A stretch of 63,780 nt of DNA, the filler included, from Octopus bimaculoides (lineage: Eukaryota): the NCBI RefSeq assembly GCF_001194135.2. It is 5 parts of 4 records of this genome, joined end to end, with 100 filler letters (N's around TTAATTAATTAA, not from the genome) between each part and the next. Parts side by side here need not be neighbours in the genome. Positions count along the whole stretch, not along the records: positions 61,215 to 63,780 come from NC_068994.1; 4 more parts are not named here. One strand, 5' to 3'. The notes under the pieces are model-generated. The model saw nothing but the letters and a program-made list of their open reading frames with translations. It was not told the DNA's origin and did not search any database. The first letter of the stretch is position 1. The number at the start of each line of letters is the position of its first letter. Below, in pieces: positions 61,731 through 63,780 of this stretch. A program made the translations under genes and the position numbers.

Positions 61731-62883
61731 TGTGATAGATACCATGAGAGAAACTCTCATATTGGCTTTTGGTGTAAAATGCACTCACCTAGGCTACATT
61801 AATATCGAGAGGTAATAATTATACCCATTTAAACTATCTAAGCTTAATCTATGTCTTTGATAAAAATATTAAAAGAAAAAAAGAATACAATATACGTCTT
61901 ATCTAGTTTCTCAAGTAACATATAAACAGATAGCTTACTAAGAAATTTAACACAAACTGGCAGTTCCCAATCCTACCCTGAGTGAATAAATACAAGTTTT
62001 ATTTAGAGGAGACAGAAATGATGAATTGGGTTATCACGTATTGATATGTGAGACATGTCGCCATTTACCTTGTTACAGATGGTGGATGGGAAGGCAAAAA
62101 GAGGTGTTAGATTATTGCAATGAGAATTTACTCTCAGTGAGTAGACTTATGATCAAAAACACTCCAGCCTAGACCATCCTGTTTTTTTTTCCCTCTACGT
62201 AGTTTATTCCTGGACTATTTTTTTTTAATTGAGCTCAATCTCTAAGATGGTAAATTGTGATTTGAGAGAGATTTGGCTGCTATTTCTAGCAGAGTCTCCT
62301 CTAGTTGCTTTAAGCAATAAAGTAGTTATGTGTATCTCTATTGCAAAACGTCTACCTCTTGGAAAAGCTGATATCATTGATCTAAAATTTTCAGACTGCC
62401 ATTGGCTTCCCTATGAATTCTGAAATTGTTCTCATGAATGGAATTATGAATAAATTTTATGGAGTCAAGTGTTCAGAAGCCAAAAACAGTAAGAATTGAA
62501 ATGGTTTCACAGCTTTATAATGAACATCACTTCCGAAAAATAGTGACAACTCATCTTGCTTCCTTGACATAATTTAATGAAAGCAAAAGGATTCGTAGGA
62601 TTTCCCTGATTAAAGACTGAATTACCATCTCAAAACATAGGTTAGCAACTGTTAATCATAATTTTATTCTCCAATGTTTTTACCCTGTAAACCGAAACTA
62701 TATAATTAAAGTTATGTTCAAAATTCCTGATTTTTTTTTGTAGGCACCCTAGTATAAAAGATATTTTTTTTCCCCACAATGTTTTAAGGATTCCTGAAAT
62801 TTAAGGTAATTTGAAATTAGCAGTGGCAGGGTACTGAAGAATTTTTACCTGTGAATAGTTGAGTCAAATCATTACAAACTTAA

Positions 62884-63088
62884 CCCTTTAACATTTAAAC
62901 CAGTGATACCCAGCTCAAAATTTTTGACCTGTTTTATGTTCAAACCAGCTAGATTTGGCCTCTCACACCTACTTAACACCATTGTAAAAATCAACAATCA
63001 CATTATGGAAATCTCAAAGCTATGAGATAATCCATAATTAATTCAAATCAATGGGAATGAATATATATTACATCTGAATGCTAAAGGG
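62884..63088. mobile_element. 205-bp piggyBac-type MITE
   Basis: TTAA at 62880-62883 and 63089-63092; TIRs CCCTTTAACATT / AATGCTAAAGGG (11/12). Confidence 0.85.
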
Positions 63089-63431
63089 TTAAACACTGTT
63101 TGATTCAATAATATGTTGGATTGAGTGTTAATTTCTTTAGAAAATTGTGCTCATTGCCAAGAAAACAGCTGTCACTGCCTAAAGTAACTTTATGAAGAAT
63201 CTATCACAAAATGCCTGTTTGTCTATGCTCTATGCATTACTAGTGAATCTACTGGCAGAACTGAGATTACAGTCGTCTGTAGAAATGAAGAAGCTGGCTA
63301 GTTTAGAAGCATCATTTATACCCTAAACCAGTGGTTCTCAGCCATTTTTTGCTTATGGACCCCAACTAAACCCTAAAAAACACCTGATGTTTAAAAAAGT
63401 TCCATATTTTTATAATTGAATATTATTAGGA

Positions 63432-63780
63432 ATTCATCATCATCATCATCGTTTAACGTCCGCTTTCCATGCTAGCATGGGTTGGACGATTTGACTGAGG
63501 ACTGGTGAACCAGGTGGCTACACCAGGCTCCAATCTGATTTGGCAGAGTTTCTACAGCTGGATGCCCTTCCTAACGCCAACCACTCTGAGAGTGTAGTGG
63601 GTGCTTTTACGTGCCACCAGCACGAAGGCCAGTCAGGCGGTACTGGCAACGGCCACGCTCGAAATGGTATATTTTATGTGCCACCTGCACAGGAGCCAGT
63701 CCAGCAGCACTGGCAATGATCTCGCTTGAATGTCTTTTCACATGCCACCGGCACAAGTGCCACAAGCACAAGGCACCTAT
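63432..63780 (-). mobile_element. 3' part of a SINE-like retroelement with (GAT)n tail
   Basis: The minus strand contains GGTTGGCGTTAGGAAGGGCATCCAGCTGTAGAAAC and ends CATGCTAGCATGGAAAGCGGACGTTAAACGATGATGATG; internal TGCCACC...GCAC repeats. Confidence 0.7.

Noticed and set aside
62380-62760. Possible Tc1-like end (TTTTGTAGGCACCCTAGTA)
   Set aside because: No partner TIR or convincing transposase translation.

Overview
AT-rich animal genomic DNA from a gapped draft assembly. It is saturated with microsatellites and decayed transposons, and I can identify no host protein-coding gene with confidence (two weak exon candidates only). The repeat repertoire looks like a coleoid cephalopod such as Octopus; this is inference from the SINE families, not a database result. 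Four identical 100-bp artificial linkers (44 N + TTAATTAATTAA + 44 N) divide the window into five blocks, so adjacency across them is uncertain. Recognisable elements: four mariner relics (one a 5'-5' foldback); a near full-length R4/Dong-clade non-LTR element plus several fragments tied to (TAA)n arrays; RTE and CR1-group LINE fragments; a scrambled Tx1/L1-like element; a Penelope-like GIY-YIG fragment; a Chapaev3-like relic; Tc1-type, piggyBac-type and long-TIR MITEs; and at least four SINE-like families. The most interesting signals are: (1) a ~175-bp inverted repeat in which each arm folds as a type I hammerhead ribozyme; (2) a 3' tail shared by the Tx1-like LINE and a SINE variant, both landing inside the head of the same SINE family; (3) repeated tandem stacking of R4/Dong elements and a non-coding element in TAA arrays. 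Most ORF-track entries are microsatellite or N-gap artefacts.
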